Positions 62,201-64,000 of a stretch of DNA of 64,000 nucleotides are shown here, piece by piece. Under the pieces are notes generated by a model. That model was not told the DNA's origin. It ran no database searches and saw nothing but the letters and a program-made list of their open reading frames with translations. The translations under genes and the position numbers were made by a program. Position 1 is the stretch's first letter; each line of letters starts with the position of its first letter. This DNA is from Octopus vulgaris (Eukaryota), in assembly GCA_951406725.2 (NCBI GenBank), contig OX597816.1, positions 78,182,001 through 78,246,000 on the forward strand, written 5' to 3'.

Positions 62201-63033
62201 TTATTTTAATCAGCAAGACTAATTTATTTCACTGACTCTCACAGATTGAGACAGATTTTACCTTGAATACATTCCTTTATATTATTATTATTATTATTAT
62301 AAACCAGTATTAAAGAGTCTCAGCGTGTATAGGATTGGTTAAATCTAACAAGAAAGTTTAAGCCGAAAACTGCAGGCCTAAAATATTTTATGTATATATT
62401 AATAGTATATATGTATTCTAAGTGAGTCAATGTTTTATGGACAGAAATTGTCCGCGAATTCCGAGAGATTAAATCACACCACGACAAATATATTTTCTGA
62501 TTTAATAATAGAAATTTAGAATAGTGCTTTCTTCGAGAGAAAACACTGACAAAGCTTACAAACTCAGTTATTTAATATTCATATAATAGTTTTGTAAATT
62601 ATAACTGTAGTAAATGTTTCAACAAAAAATGCTTTAAGAGATATATATTCAAGATCGTCGGCGATAAGTTGCGGTGATTGAGATAATTTGGAGACCGTCA
62701 ACTCTCAAGGTATTCACACTTCAAACAGCACGATTGTAAGGAAAGAAGTCTACAAGGTACACTTTCTAGAATACGAAAAAGGGTGTGGCTGGCAGTGGAG
62801 TAAGACATAAATCTTAAGCGGAGTTGTTAGTCCCCCCCCCCACCTCGTCCCAACTGGCTCTAACTGAGCAGACTTATAATCAGAAACATTACATATACGA
62901 ATACTGTTGTGTTCTTCGATAATATTATCCAAGTCTTTTTTTTTTTTAAACTATAAGTTATGGATATTTAGCTCCTATCAAGTTGAGTGATCACGTAAGA
63001 CACTCATTTATTGGCTTGTTAATTGTGTAAGAG

Positions 63034-63075
<42 letters not shown>

Positions 63076-63106
63076 TTTGTGAGGTCTTTGCAGCTTTATT
63101 AATAAA

Positions 63107-63156
<50 letters not shown>

Positions 63157-64000
63157 GCATGTTGGTGCAAACAGGAAGAGTAGATCTGAAAATATGAGTA
63201 TATGTATATTGTGTTTTCTGCCAAATATTAATATACCAATATATATATATATTGCAGTGTCATATGACATTGCAAGTTTATATACTTTTATTTGTATGAC
63301 AAATTGAACAAGACAAAAAACAAAAAGGTCCAGATCAAAACGTTTGGCAAAATATTACATTAAATAATCTATTAGTTGACAGATATATAGCCGACTTAAT
63401 AATCCTTTCTACTATAGGCACAAGACTAAAAATTTTGTAAAAAAATACTTTTTAATTCAAGGTGATACAATGTGCAAAAGGTATGCTAAAATCGTCCAGT
63501 TATACCGATGTATTTATATTACTATGCACTGCATTTACAGAATATTTTTCCCCAAAATTAAGAAGAAAATAAAACATTACTTATTAAAGCAATATAGAAT
63601 TTTGAGCTTGTTTAAACGAACTATATCTGAAGCAAAAGTTCCTCAAATAGTTGTAGAGACGATATAAACAGTTACTGAGGAATTACTAGGATATGCCTCA
63701 GCAGTCTAAATGTCACGTAACGCGTTTTACTAGACACAGGTGTATATAGTGAAGGAGGAAGGGAGCCGAAGACCCTAATAGGATGGCTAAAAACAGATGT
63801 ACAGTTAGAGCAAATACACACAAGGTGTACTATTACAATAATCTTAGATACGAATTAGTGACAAGAAGGTATATCTGTATGTATACAATTTATGAATATT
63901 ATAACTTTTAAGTCACGAAATATGCTAATTTTCGTTTATAACCTCAAGAATCTACGATCAAAGAAAGCTTCTCAAACAAGTATAGTATTACCTATGACAT

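Overview
AT-rich, repeat-dense metazoan genomic DNA. The repeat families and microsatellite load suggest a coleoid cephalopod (Octopus-like); this is inferred, not verified. I could reconstruct one protein-coding gene: a minus-strand PDCD10/CCM3 orthologue with 7 GT-AG coding exons between 43026 and 20998 (630 nt, 209 aa), candidate upstream exons and a CpG-enriched putative promoter near 61.7 kb. The rest is transposon-derived: RTE LINE copies (one long, young, 5'-truncated copy at about 49.5-51.8 kb), tRNA-derived SINEs, a DD37D mariner-type element, a non-autonomous Helitron, hAT- and piggyBac-like MITEs, a pogo relic and Penelope-like (GIY-YIG) fragments. The most notable unexplained signal is a dense set of about 9-11 type I hammerhead-ribozyme-like motifs from several unrelated repeat families. 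They lie in long palindromes, in a 452-nt-spaced tandem (retrozyme-like) arrangement, and downstream of a tRNA-like Pol III head. Most copies carry core mutations, so activity is unproven. Nearly all ORFs in the supplied track are repeat or microsatellite artefacts. Repeat boundaries were read by eye and are approximate.
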